A stretch of 40,719 bases of DNA from Pseudomonadota bacterium (GTDB lineage Bacteria; Pseudomonadota; Alphaproteobacteria; Rhizobiales; JACESI01): positions 1 through 40,719 of the forward strand of contig JBCDCU010000003.1 of assembly GCA_039181265.1 (NCBI GenBank). Direction: 5' to 3'. Both the position numbers and the translations under genes were made by a program. The notes beneath the pieces were generated by a model. The model made no database searches and was not told where the DNA came from. It saw only the letters and a list, made by a program, of their open reading frames with translations. Shown in pieces: positions 1 through 9,421 of this stretch. The number at the start of each line of letters is the position of its first letter. Positions within the stretch are counted from its first letter, which is position 1.

Positions 1-1
1 A

Positions 2-1774
2 GCTGGTGAAATCGCCGTTATCTCCTATCGCGACTTCCGCGATCTCCTCGCTGAAGGACAGATTGCGCGCGGTGAAGTCTCAGACCACAGGATCATGGGC
101 GAGTTCTCGTTCCCGCGCGATGGAAAGACCCGCTTCGTGACTGAGCGGGTCGATGAGGATCTTCTGGAAATCCTCGACGCCGCCGGGGTCGATTATCAGG
201 GCGCGCCTGAAATGACGGCGCTCACTTCGATGCTTTCCTGGTTCTTACCAATGATGGTCTTTGTGGCGATCTGGTTCTTCCTCATTCGAAGGCTCGGCGA
301 GCGCCAGGGCATGGGCGGCATGATGAATATCGGCCGGTCCAAGGCGAAGGTCTATGTGGAAACCGAGACCGGCGTCACCTTTGATGATGTGGCAGGCGTC
401 GATCAGGCGAAGATGGAACTTGAAGAGGTCGTCTCGTTCTTGAAGGACAAGGAGAAATATGAACGCCTTGGCGCCCATGTCCCGAGAGGGATCCTGCTCG
501 TCGGCCCTCCTGGAACCGGAAAGACCTTGCTAGCGCGCGCCGTCGCCGGGCAGGCCGGTGTCGTCTTCTTTTCAATCTCCGGCTCGGAATTCGTCGAAAT
601 GTTTGTCGGGGTTGGGGCGGCAAGGGTGCGCGATCTTTTCGATCAGGCTCGAACGGCAGCCCCCTGCATCATTTTCATCGACGAACTCGACGCGCTCGGA
701 CGTGCGCGCTCGGCAATGGGTGGCTTCGGCGGGCATGATGAAAAAGAGCAGACGCTCAACCAATTGCTCGCTGAACTCGATGGCTTTGATCCAAGTGTCG
801 GGATCGTGCTTCTTGCGGCCACCAACCGGCCGGAAATCCTCGATCCGGCGTTGCTCAGGGCGGGGCGTTTCGACCGGCAGATCGTCGTCGACCGGCCCGA
901 CCGCAACGGCCGTGTCGCGATCCTCAAAGTCCATATGCGCAAGATTAAACAGGCCGAGGGTGTGAGCGCGGAAGAAATCGCGGGCCTGATACCGGGTTTT
1001 ACCGGTGCGGATATTGCCAATCTCGTGAATGAAGCCGCGATCATGGCCACGCGCCGCAACGCGGACCTTGTGACCATGGAGGATTTCACCCAAGCTGTTG
1101 AACGGATTGTGGCGGGGTCCGAACGGCCCGGACGGCTGCTCAACCCGGAAGAACGCAAGCGGGTCGCCTATCATGAAATGGGCCACGCTCTGGCGGCAGC
1201 GCAAACTCCGGGGTCTGACGCGGTCCATAAAGTCTCGATCATTCCGCGCTCCATTGGCGCGCTCGGCTATACGTTGCAGCGACCGACAGAAGACCGTTTT
1301 GTGATCACATTAGACGAACTCAAAAACCGCATGGTGGTGCTTCTCGCTGGCCGCGCAGCGGAAGAAATCACCTTTGGCGATATCTCGACCGGCGCGTCGG
1401 ATGATCTCACCAAGGTCACGGATATCGCCCGCCAGATCGTTATGCGGTTTGGCATGACGGACGAACTCGGCCAGGCGGTTCTGGAAGAACAGCGCGCAAG
1501 TTATCTCGGCGACAATGCGCTCGCCTTTTCCAAGAAGGATTATTCGGAAGCCACCGCGCGCGAGGTCGATCTTGCGGTGAGAGCGCTCATTGATGAAGCC
1601 TATCAAAAGGCGACTGATATTCTGACTGCGATCCGCCCTACACTGAATGAGGGTGCCCGGCTCTTACTTGAGAAGGAAACGATCACCCCGGACGACTTCC
1701 CTGCGCTTGAGACGGGCGTGGCGGAGGTGGATCAAGGTTCCACTCAGGTGTCTCCGGTTTTGAGCCAGTACTGA
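2..1774 (+). CDS. ftsH: ATP-dependent zinc metalloprotease FtsH (5'-truncated; accessory/FtsH2-like paralogue)
   Basis: Walker A GPPGTGKT, pore loop FVEMFVGVG, Walker [30 protein letters not shown] and Zn motif HEMGH are present. The frame is open from base 2 ([21 protein letters not shown], typical FtsH periplasmic region), so the true start lies upstream of the window. Confidence 0.96.
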   Translation, partial: AGEIAVISYRDFRDLLAEGQIARGEVSDHRIMGEFSFPRDGKTRFVTERVDEDLLEILDAAGVDYQGAPEMTALTSMLSWFLPMMVFVAIWFFLIRRLGERQGMGGMMNIGRSKAKVYVETETGVTFDDVAGVDQAKMELEEVVSFLKDKEKYERLGAHVPRGILLVGPPGTGKTLLARAVAGQAGVVFFSISGSEFVEMFVGVGAARVRDLFDQARTAAPCIIFIDELDALGRARSAMGGFGGHDEKEQTLNQLLAELDGFDPSVGIVLLAATNRPEILDPALLRAGRFDRQIVVDRPDRNGRVAILKVHMRKIKQAEGVSAEEIAGLIPGFTGADIANLVNEAAIMATRRNADLVTMEDFTQAVERIVAGSERPGRLLNPEERKRVAYHEMGHALAAAQTPGSDAVHKVSIIPRSIGALGYTLQRPTEDRFVITLDELKNRMVVLLAGRAAEEITFGDISTGASDDLTKVTDIARQIVMRFGMTDELGQAVLEEQRASYLGDNALAFSKKDYSEATAREVDLAVRALIDEAYQKATDILTAIRPTLNEGARLLLEKETITPDDFPALETGVAEVDQGSTQVSPVLSQY

Positions 1775-1905
1775 TCCGCGGGCGCCTACGCGTAGCGCGT
1801 TGGAACGACCGCCCAATTCTCGCCCATTCGCCCAAGCTTTGGGCAGACCCGGATCTCTCCAAACGGCTAACTTCAAAAACACCACCGAAACCAACCCGAT
1901 CAGCC

Positions 1906-1933
1906 TTGACAGGCCGATGCCCCATCGCATTGT
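1906..1933 (+). promoter_or_regulatory. Putative sigma70-type promoter of the ABC operon
   Basis: TTGACA at 1906-1911, a 16-nt spacer containing the CGATG-ccc-CATCG inverted repeat, then CATTGT. A GAGAGG RBS precedes ATG 1968. Confidence 0.4.
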
Positions 1934-1967
1934 GTAAGGGATATCAATTAGGTCTCCGGAGAGGTTC

Positions 1968-3002
1968 ATGCTGAAGACGATCGCTGCCAAGACAGCTCTT
2001 GCCCTAACCCTGACACTAACGGGAGCCGCGACGGGCTTTGTCGCCACCGCGCAGGCGGAAACGAAAGTGCCGTTCGCGCTTGACTGGAAATTCGAAGGGC
2101 CGAGCGCGCCGTATTTCGTTGCAATCGACAAGGGCTATTTCAAAGAAGCTGGGCTTTCTGTTGATGTAACAGCGGGCAAGGGCTCGCTGGACGCGATCCC
2201 GAAAGTGGCAACCGGTGCTTTTCCGGTGGGCTTCGCCGACATCAATTCGCTTGTGAAATTCCTCGACCAGAATCCGGGCGCGCCGGTAACCGCCGTGATG
2301 ATGGTCTACGACAAGCCGCCGTTCGCCATCGTTGGCCGCAAATCCCTCGGCGTTTCCGCACCGAAGGATCTTGAGGGCCGCACCCTTGGCGCACCGCCGC
2401 CCGATGGTGCCTGGGCCCAATTCAAGGCTTTTGCTGCTTCCAACAATCTCGACACCGCCAAGATCAAGGTTGAGCCAGTCGGCTTCCCGACCCGCGAGCC
2501 GCTTCTCGCGGAAGGAAAAGTCGATGCCGTCACCGGCTTTTCGTTCTCGAGCTTTTTGAACCTTGTCCGGATCGGCGTTCCGGAAGATGACATTTCAACG
2601 ATCCTGATGGCGGATCACGGTTTGAAGCTGTACGGAAACGCAATCATCGTGAACACGGATTATGCGAAAGAAAATCCGGCGGTGATCACTGGTTTTCTTT
2701 CAGGGATCGCGAAGGGTTGGAAGGATGCGATTGCCGATCCGGAAGGAGCCGTGACGTCTCTCATCAAGCGTAACCCGGCGGCAGACGCAGCGCTCGAAAC
2801 CCGCCGTTTGCAGCTTGCGATCGATGCCAATGTCATGACCGATTACGTTAAGGAAAACGGAATGGGTGCTATCGATCCGGCCCGGTTTGCAGAGGCGCTT
2901 GAGCAGCTTAAAACCAATTTCGAGCTCCAGAACGAACCGGACGCAAGCCTTTACTTCGATGCGTCTTACCTGCCCGAAGACGGCAGCCTGAAGATCAACT
3001 GA
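1968..3002 (+). CDS. ABC transporter substrate-binding protein, NMT1/THI5 (SsuA-like) family
   Basis: Signal peptide ending AQA, then FALDWKFEGPSAPYFVAIDKGYF, KDLEGRTLG and LYGNAII. Followed by ATPase and permease genes. Confidence 0.9.
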   Translation: MLKTIAAKTALALTLTLTGAATGFVATAQAETKVPFALDWKFEGPSAPYFVAIDKGYFKEAGLSVDVTAGKGSLDAIPKVATGAFPVGFADINSLVKFLDQNPGAPVTAVMMVYDKPPFAIVGRKSLGVSAPKDLEGRTLGAPPPDGAWAQFKAFAASNNLDTAKIKVEPVGFPTREPLLAEGKVDAVTGFSFSSFLNLVRIGVPEDDISTILMADHGLKLYGNAIIVNTDYAKENPAVITGFLSGIAKGWKDAIADPEGAVTSLIKRNPAADAALETRRLQLAIDANVMTDYVKENGMGAIDPARFAEALEQLKTNFELQNEPDASLYFDASYLPEDGSLKIN

Positions 3003-3010
3003 TCCTTGTT

Positions 3011-3033
3011 CCTCCCCCGATAGTCGGGGGAGG
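3011..3033 (+). other. Intercistronic GC-rich stem-loop (mRNA stabiliser or partial terminator)
   Basis: CCTCCCCCGA-TAG-TCGGGGGAGG is a perfect 10-bp stem just after the binding-protein stop, with no U tract. Confidence 0.6.
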
Positions 3034-3073
3034 GCCATTCTTCCCCGCAAGCCTTCCTTCGAGAGAGCCGCCT

Positions 3074-3871
3074 TTGACGGCCTATCCTTTCCAGATCGAA
3101 CTTGAAAGCGTCACCCATGCCTATAAGTCGACAGGGGGACGGTTGCCCGTTTTGAATGATCTCTCGCTTCAAATGGAGCCCGGATCCTTCACGGCTATTG
3201 TCGGGCCGTCAGGCTGCGGAAAGTCGACGCTGACCCGTCTTGTCGCTGGCCTGATGATCCCGGATGAGGGTGTCGTGAAACTTCACGGCGAGCGGGTCGT
3301 CTCGCCGCGCTCAACCGTCGGCATGGCGTTCCAGAACCCGGTTCTTCTGGAATGGCGCACGATCCTCAACAATGTCCTTCTGCCGCTTGAAATCGTGCCG
3401 AATGATCTCAGCAAAAAGGAGCAGGAAGCGCGGGGCCGTGAGCTCCTCGCGATGGTTGGGCTGGAGGGCTTTGAAGATAAGAAACCGTCGGAACTCTCTG
3501 GAGGTATGCGCCAGCGCGCTTCGCTTTGCCGGGCGCTTGTTCACCGGCCTGAAGTCCTGATCCTTGATGAACCCTTCGGCGCGCTTGATGCCTTCACCCG
3601 CGAAGATCTCTGGCAGATCATGCATGATATCCGCATGCGCGAGAAGGTGACGACGCTCTTGATCACCCATGATCTGCGCGAATGCGTGTTTCTGGCAGAT
3701 GAGATCGTGGTGTTGTCGGGCCGTCCGGCAACGCGCCAGTTCAGTGCGCCGTCGCCGCTTCCGGAAGACAGAACGATTGAAGATCTCTACGCGCCGGAGC
3801 CGACGCAGCTTCTTGCCGAGCTAAGGCGCCAGATCCAGATTGCGCAAGGCCGTAAGGCGGAAGACGCGTGA
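3074..3871 (+). CDS. ABC transporter ATP-binding protein (NitT/TauT family)
   Basis: GPSGCGKST, LSGGMRQR, LILDEPFGALD and ITHD motifs. Confidence 0.95.
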   Translation: MTAYPFQIELESVTHAYKSTGGRLPVLNDLSLQMEPGSFTAIVGPSGCGKSTLTRLVAGLMIPDEGVVKLHGERVVSPRSTVGMAFQNPVLLEWRTILNNVLLPLEIVPNDLSKKEQEARGRELLAMVGLEGFEDKKPSELSGGMRQRASLCRALVHRPEVLILDEPFGALDAFTREDLWQIMHDIRMREKVTTLLITHDLRECVFLADEIVVLSGRPATRQFSAPSPLPEDRTIEDLYAPEPTQLLAELRRQIQIAQGRKAEDA

Positions 3872-3886
3872 GGGAAAGGGGATGCA

Positions 3887-4657
3887 ATGAACCGTAACCT
3901 CGCGCGCCAGATCGGCATTCCGCTTGCTGCAATCGCTCTCTTCCTCGCCTTTTGGGAATGGCTCGTCTGGTTCAATGGCTGGCCGAATTTCAAAATGGCC
4001 TCACCGTCCGATATCGGCCCCGCCTTCTGGAAGTTCCGCTATCTGTTTCTCGAGTATGGCTGGCAGACATTGTGGCGCACGGTTGCCGGTCTGATGATCG
4101 CGATTTTTGTCGGTGTTCTTCTCGGCATGATGATGGGCTTTTCAAGGACCATCCGCGAGGGGCTCTATCCGCTTCTGGTTGGTTTCAACGCGATCCCGAA
4201 GGCGACGGTGGTGCCAGTGATTGCGCTCATCTTCGTTGGGCTTGACGATTTCAACACGGTTCTGATGGCGTTCATGATTTCGTTCTTCCCGATTGCGGTT
4301 TCGGTCTCAATCGGGTTGTCGACGCTTGAACCGGAATACAGCGATATCCTGCGCTCGCTCGGGGCAAGCCGTTGGACAATTTTCTGGAAGATTGCACTTC
4401 CCAAAACCCTGCCGGAATTCTTCGGAGCGCTGAAAGTCGCCGTCACGCTTGCCTTCATCGGGACCAATCTCGTCGAGATCATCCAACCACATGGAAGGGG
4501 CCTTGTCTTCCTGTTCGATAGCGGTAAGATCAGCGCCGATTATCCGCTGATGTTCGCCGTTCTGATTGCGCTCGCCGTCCTTGGCATCTTTCTCTTCTAC
4601 ATTGTCGTTCTTCTTGAAAAGATCTTCGCCGGTTGGGCCGAGCGGGCGGCGCAGTAA
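3887..4657 (+). CDS. ABC transporter permease (NitT/TauT family)
   Basis: Multiple hydrophobic helices, EAA-like loop DILRSLGASRWTIFWKIALP, and operon position. Confidence 0.93.
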   Translation: MNRNLARQIGIPLAAIALFLAFWEWLVWFNGWPNFKMASPSDIGPAFWKFRYLFLEYGWQTLWRTVAGLMIAIFVGVLLGMMMGFSRTIREGLYPLLVGFNAIPKATVVPVIALIFVGLDDFNTVLMAFMISFFPIAVSVSIGLSTLEPEYSDILRSLGASRWTIFWKIALPKTLPEFFGALKVAVTLAFIGTNLVEIIQPHGRGLVFLFDSGKISADYPLMFAVLIALAVLGIFLFYIVVLLEKIFAGWAERAAQ

Positions 4658-4667
4658 GAGTGCCCAC

Positions 4668-5564
4668 CTATCCAGTCATGCGCATGGCCAAGAACCCGTC
4701 CGCCTCCCGGACGCTGCTACAAATGCTTGAGAGCTTGCGCGGTTCCTCATAGGGCCACGGCCGGCCGCGATGCATGACGGCGCGCTGGTCCCACATCAAA
4801 ACATCGCCGACTTGCCATTGGTGTGAATAGGTAAAGCTAGGCTCGGTGCAAGAGGCGATGAGCTCCGATAAGAGCAATTCGCTTTCGGCCTCGTCATAGC
4901 CGTCAATCCGGAAGGCGTGGCTTGCAATGTATAGCGCTTCGCGTCCGTTCACCGGGTTTTTCCAGATGGCGTTCCAGTGCTGCTCCGGCCATTTGTGAAA
5001 CATCGGCAGGCGCGCAAGCTCTTCGGAGATCTGCTTTCGCGAATGGCTCAAATGGTGCCAGATGCCGCGGCCCCGGATCTTCGCTTTCATCTCCTCCGGC
5101 ATGGCAGCCCAGGCAGCGCGGGTCGAGGCAAGTTCTGTGGCGCCGCCCGATGACGGCACGATCCGGGCTGTCGCGACATTGACGAGCGCCGGCACTGGCA
5201 GAAACGTGCTGTCGATGTGCCAAAGGAAATTCGACTTGAGGTTGAGCGTGTGGAGATCGAAGGCATCGGTCACGCTGCCGTCTTCTTTGATATTGGAGAC
5301 TTCCGGAACTTTGAAAGCTTCGCCCGGTTTGCGCACATCAGCTTCGCGGTCTTCGATCGGGCCGAAGAAGGAATTGAGCCGGATATGATCGGCGTCGGTA
5401 AGGCCCTGGCCTTTAAAGAGGAGCGCAGAATGTTCCTCGAAAAGAGCGCGGATCGGCTGGAAGTCATTCGCGGTTCTTATTTTGGTGAGATCGACATCGT
5501 GGACCTCGACGCCGAAGCAATCGATGAGGGGTGTGGTTTTCAGGCTCTGATTGAGGTCAGTCAT
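4668..5564 (-). CDS. TauD/TfdA-family Fe(II)/2-oxoglutarate-dependent dioxygenase
   Basis: FGVEVHDVDL N-terminus, HxD in WHIDSTF, NPVNGREALY, and WQVGDVLMWDQRAVMHRG followed by Arg. Confidence 0.92.
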   Translation of the reverse strand: MTDLNQSLKTTPLIDCFGVEVHDVDLTKIRTANDFQPIRALFEEHSALLFKGQGLTDADHIRLNSFFGPIEDREADVRKPGEAFKVPEVSNIKEDGSVTDAFDLHTLNLKSNFLWHIDSTFLPVPALVNVATARIVPSSGGATELASTRAAWAAMPEEMKAKIRGRGIWHHLSHSRKQISEELARLPMFHKWPEQHWNAIWKNPVNGREALYIASHAFRIDGYDEAESELLLSELIASCTEPSFTYSHQWQVGDVLMWDQRAVMHRGRPWPYEEPRKLSSICSSVREADGFLAMRMTG

Positions 5565-5732
5565 GTCGGCCCCTCGGTTTTAAAGTTGCGCGAGTGATGT
5601 GACCGGGGAGTGTGTCACCAAATGCGGGATGGATAAATATCGAAAGCGATGAAGGCGGAGCTGGGCTGGGATGTTGCCCCCAAACCGCCGCGATGCGATA
5701 GATGGGAACCATTCCAATCTCCCGTCTCGCCT

Positions 5733-6173
5733 ATGTCATTCAGCCTCTCATATACGTTCCGAACCACCACCATCATCCTCGCCATGATCATTTTGGTGGC
5801 AGGGGCAAGAGCAGACGGAAGTCCACCGACCTGCGAAGACTGGCAGGGCGAGTGGCAGGAAACCAAGATCTTCTTCGGGCTCAGCAAGAGCAGCAGAGAA
5901 GCGATTTCACGCCGCGCGGTCGATGCCTTCGTGCAAGAGGAGATCGTCAAAGCTTTTCCCGATGGTTTCACGCTTGTTGAAACCACCGGCTACTGGAGGG
6001 GAGACGAGAGTTCAGAGACGTTTTATGAAAATGGCCTGATGCTCGTTCTGCTTCATCCGAAGACGATCGAAAGCGACGGCAAGATCGACGCTTTGGCGAC
6101 AGCCTTTCGCGAGCGGTTCGAGCAACAATCGGTTTTGATTGCGACGCAACCCAGCAGCGTCCGGAGCTGCTGA
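5733..6173 (+). CDS. DUF3574-family exported protein
   Basis: Hydrophobic signal-like N-terminus, then TKIFFGLS, AFPDGFTLVETTGYWRG and FRERFEQQSVL, a pattern typical of DUF3574. Start moved from 5649 to ATG 5733. Confidence 0.8.
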   Translation: MSFSLSYTFRTTTIILAMIILVAGARADGSPPTCEDWQGEWQETKIFFGLSKSSREAISRRAVDAFVQEEIVKAFPDGFTLVETTGYWRGDESSETFYENGLMLVLLHPKTIESDGKIDALATAFRERFEQQSVLIATQPSSVRSC

Positions 6174-6281
6174 CGGTCCCATTAGTCCAACCGCTTCCCA
6201 CAATCCTGGCACCTATAGGCTTGCCACGGATAAGAAACGCGGCACAGAATAGGGAGGGCTATTTTCGGGGGCGAGCGGCCA

Positions 6282-7535
6282 ATGAACCTGACAGAAGACG
6301 AAAAGGCGATCCTTTCCGGGACACTGGGCAACAATGGTGACCGAATGGCGATGGAACTCGTCGTCGAAACAGCCCGTATGCTTGGTGCGGAGCGGCTCGT
6401 TGAGATCCATTCAAGCCATATTGACGGCTGTCTGTATCACGGCGATTCCGGCACGCTTTATTGCGAGAGACTCGCCGAAAACGGTGCGCGGGTGAAGGTG
6501 CCAGCCACCACCAATGTCGGTGCGCTTAATCTCTTAAAACCTGATCAATGCCGCCTTCCGCCAAATGAGCGCAAAATGGCGTCCCGCCTGATGATGGCGC
6601 ATGTTCAGATGGGCTGCACGGCGAGCTGGACCTGTGCACCCTATCAGGCAGGCGCACGGCCGGCCCTTGGTGAGCAGGTGGCCTGGGGAGAGTCCAATGC
6701 AGTCGCCTTTGTGAACACGGTGCTTGGTGCAAGGACCAATCGCTATGGCGATTTTCTCGATATTGCCTGCGCGATCTCTGCCCGCGCGCCCTATGCCGGT
6801 CTCCACAAGCCGGAAAACCGTCATGCGAAGCTTGTTTTCGATGTGACGGGCCTATCTGAAACCCTGCGTCGGCAGAGCGCATTCTATCCGGTTCTCGGCG
6901 CAATCATCGGTCGTCATGCGGGCGAAACGGTCCCGGCGATTATGGGTATCCCGCCCGGCGTAACCGAAGACCAATTAAAAGCATTCTGTGCTGCAACCGC
7001 CTCAACCGGCGCGTTGGCTTTGACCCATATTGTCGGCGTCACACCTGAAGCGCCGGATCTTGAAACGGCACTCGGCGGAGCCGAGCCGGAAGAAATGGTC
7101 ACGATCACACGGGAGATGGTGATCGAGGAACGCAATCGTTTGAGCCTTGCCGATGCAGGGCCGATTGACAGCGTGGCGCTCGGAAGTCCGCATTTCAGCA
7201 CCGCGGAATGCCGGGACTTGCTCAACCTTGCGGATGGTCAGCCTTTCAGGGTTCCGGTCTATGTCTGCCTTGGTCGGCATACGCTGGATGAACTGGAGTC
7301 CGATGGCGACGACAAGGCGCTCAGAGATCTCGGTGTTGAATTCGTGGTCGATACCTGCGTGGTTGTGACCCCGATCCTTCCGGACGAGCCCGGTGTGATG
7401 ATGACGAATTCGGCCAAGTTCGCCCATTACGCGACCGGCAATACCGGGCATATGCCTGTCTTCGGCACGCTCTCAGATTGCGTCAAGAGTGCCCAGGCGG
7501 GTCACGTCGTCTGGGATCGGACAGTCTGGGCATGA
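6282..7535 (+). CDS. Aconitase X catalytic (large) subunit, DUF521; possible cis-3-hydroxy-L-proline dehydratase type
   Basis: MNLTEDEKAIL start, HIDGCLYHG, WTCAPY, WGESNAVAFVNTVLGARTNR, GVTPEA, LGSPH, DTC and MTNSAKFAHY. Confidence 0.92.
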   Translation: MNLTEDEKAILSGTLGNNGDRMAMELVVETARMLGAERLVEIHSSHIDGCLYHGDSGTLYCERLAENGARVKVPATTNVGALNLLKPDQCRLPPNERKMASRLMMAHVQMGCTASWTCAPYQAGARPALGEQVAWGESNAVAFVNTVLGARTNRYGDFLDIACAISARAPYAGLHKPENRHAKLVFDVTGLSETLRRQSAFYPVLGAIIGRHAGETVPAIMGIPPGVTEDQLKAFCAATASTGALALTHIVGVTPEAPDLETALGGAEPEEMVTITREMVIEERNRLSLADAGPIDSVALGSPHFSTAECRDLLNLADGQPFRVPVYVCLGRHTLDELESDGDDKALRDLGVEFVVDTCVVVTPILPDEPGVMMTNSAKFAHYATGNTGHMPVFGTLSDCVKSAQAGHVVWDRTVWA

Positions 7536-8380
7536 GCTTCCAATCGGACGTCCTGATCGAAGGCGAGGCGGAAGGAGAAGTCCTTTTCCTCGAGGCTCCG
7601 ATCAGTTTCTGGGGTGGGGTAGATCCTGAAACGTCGAAGATAACGCTGATTGGACATCCGCAATATGGCGAGACGATTGCCGGGAAAATGCTCGTGATCC
7701 CGGATCTCATCGGCTCAAGTAGCTCGTCGGCAGTGATGTTGGAGCTTCTTCATCGAAAAATGGCACCGAAAGCTCTTATCCTTGGTATGCGCGATGCGAT
7801 CCTGCCGGTCGGGGTCGTCGCTGCACGGCAAATGAACTGGTCGACGATCCCGGTGGTTGTTCTTCGCGATCCGCCGTTCAAGACGGGAGATATCATATCG
7901 ATTTCCCGCACTGGGCTTATCGAGAAAACTCTCGAAATCAGGCTGGCGGAAGACGATGATGCGGAAGCGGTCAGAGCCTGTGCGGAAGAAGCGTTCCAGC
8001 AATATGTCGACGCGATCGGCAAAAAGCCCGCCCCAATGGTCGCCGACTTCGATGCGTTCATCGATGCCGGCTGTGTCCATGTCGCGGCGGACGCTAATGG
8101 TGACGTGATCGGCTACATCATCTTCTTCCCGCTTGAGGGTGACATGTTTCTTGAAAATGTCGCGGTGAAGCGTTCCGCGGCGGGAAAGGGGGTCGGAAAA
8201 CGGCTCATTTCCCTATGCGAGAAAGAGGCGCGGCTCTCTGGCTGCGATGCGGTCAAACTCTATACGAATGAGAAGATGACCGGGAACATTTCGCTATATC
8301 CGCAATTGGGATATCGCGAGACAGACCGCCGGACAGAAGACGGTTTTAACCGCGTCTTCTTCGAGAAAGAGCTTCGGTAA
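7532..8380 (+). CDS. Aconitase X swivel (small) subunit DUF126 fused to a C-terminal GNAT acetyltransferase
   Basis: ATG 7532 overlaps the upstream TGA (ATGA). PISFWGGVDP and GSSSSS mark DUF126. From ~7937, IRLAEDDD, FLENVAV, GKGVGKRLI, LYTNEKMTGNISLYPQLGY mark a GNAT. Confidence 0.88.
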   Translation: MSFQSDVLIEGEAEGEVLFLEAPISFWGGVDPETSKITLIGHPQYGETIAGKMLVIPDLIGSSSSSAVMLELLHRKMAPKALILGMRDAILPVGVVAARQMNWSTIPVVVLRDPPFKTGDIISISRTGLIEKTLEIRLAEDDDAEAVRACAEEAFQQYVDAIGKKPAPMVADFDAFIDAGCVHVAADANGDVIGYIIFFPLEGDMFLENVAVKRSAAGKGVGKRLISLCEKEARLSGCDAVKLYTNEKMTGNISLYPQLGYRETDRRTEDGFNRVFFEKELR

Positions 8381-8446
8381 TTCCTGGCTGATAGCTCGGG
8401 AAAGAACATCGATATCTTGGCCCGCTACAGCACAGTTGCTGACGCT

Positions 8447-9346
8447 TTAGCAGGCTCTTCCATCATTCGTCTCAAAAGATTCGCATAATCCCTCGATCCA
8501 GTCTGCAAGGCGTTTTACGTTCGGCGCCAGCGTCCCATCTGCCCGGTAGATCAGACCGTATTCGGAGCCATCTGCATCGAAACCACAGGGAGCGATGAGC
8601 CGACCGGATGAAACATCGTCGAGGGCGATAACGCGAGGCGAAAGGCCGACACCAAGGCCCGCGCAAGCTGCCTCGACTACGAGGAAATGGTGATCCATTT
8701 CGCGCATTTCACGAGGGCGTGGTGCAGTTGGATTGGCGGAGAGCCAGTCATCCCATGCATCTGGGCGGGTTTTTGAAACGAGCGCAACATAGTCCTCCGC
8801 TGCGAAACGCTCGCGCATCGTCTCAACCATGACGGGACCGACGGTCTCCGGGAAAAGCCGATTAACAGCCCATTTGGCGTCCAAAGAAAAATCGAGTCGT
8901 CGGAGCGCAAGGAACCCGTGATCGCGCGCCGTGTCGATTGCTCCGCCACCCACCGAGAGATGGACCGCAATGTCGGGATTAACTGTTTCGAACTGGCTAA
9001 GGCGGGGGATCAGCCAACGCATGGCGACGGACCGTTCGCAGGAAAGAAGTATTGTGTTGCTGTCCTCTTGCGCGGTTTCTCGGATGGAAGAAATCGTGCG
9101 CTCAAGATCGTCAAAACTGCGGCGGCAGGCATCGCGTAGTGCTTCCCCGGCTGATGTGAGCCTGATGCCGCGTCCTGACCGCTCCAGCAGCGGCGTTCCC
9201 ACAGTCTTCGCAAGGCGCGAAGCGCGTCGGCTGACGGCGGCGTGAGTAAGGTTCAGTTCTTCTGCCGCAGAACGCACCGATCCCATGCGTGCCGTTACCT
9301 CAAAGGCGCGCAGATCATCGAGATAAGGAAGGTCGGATCGTTTCAT
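8447..9346 (-). CDS. LysR-family transcriptional regulator (GcvA-like)
   Basis: LDDLRAFEVTARMGSVRSAAEELNLTHAAVSR HTH and WLIPRL. The true start is likely ATG 9346 (MKRSDL), not 9637. Divergent from the DUF1537 operon. Confidence 0.93.
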   Translation of the reverse strand: MKRSDLPYLDDLRAFEVTARMGSVRSAAEELNLTHAAVSRRASRLAKTVGTPLLERSGRGIRLTSAGEALRDACRRSFDDLERTISSIRETAQEDSNTILLSCERSVAMRWLIPRLSQFETVNPDIAVHLSVGGGAIDTARDHGFLALRRLDFSLDAKWAVNRLFPETVGPVMVETMRERFAAEDYVALVSKTRPDAWDDWLSANPTAPRPREMREMDHHFLVVEAACAGLGVGLSPRVIALDDVSSGRLIAPCGFDADGSEYGLIYRADGTLAPNVKRLADWIEGLCESFETNDGRAC

Positions 9347-9375
9347 TGGTAATGAAATATCACCAGTACTGGTGA
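9347..9375. promoter_or_regulatory. LysR-type operator in divergent intergenic region
   Basis: TGGTAA-N7-TCACCA dyad (T-N11-A, 9350-9362) overlaps the perfect palindrome TCACCAGTACTGGTGA (9360-9375). Confidence 0.65.
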
Positions 9376-9421
9376 GAAACAATTGCTTGTTCGATGACGC
9401 TTCTACGCCGATTATCCTGCT

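Noticed and set aside
3011-3033. REP/RIME-like repeat family
   Set aside because: Only one copy was seen, and the other hairpins in the window share no sequence with it.
5630-5732. Possible remnant of a divergent LysR start (MKAELGWD) upstream of the dioxygenase
   Set aside because: The resemblance is only a few residues and no HTH follows.
6207-6225. Possible sigma54 promoter TGGCAC...TTGC upstream of acnX
   Set aside because: The spacer is 8 nt rather than the strict 5 nt.
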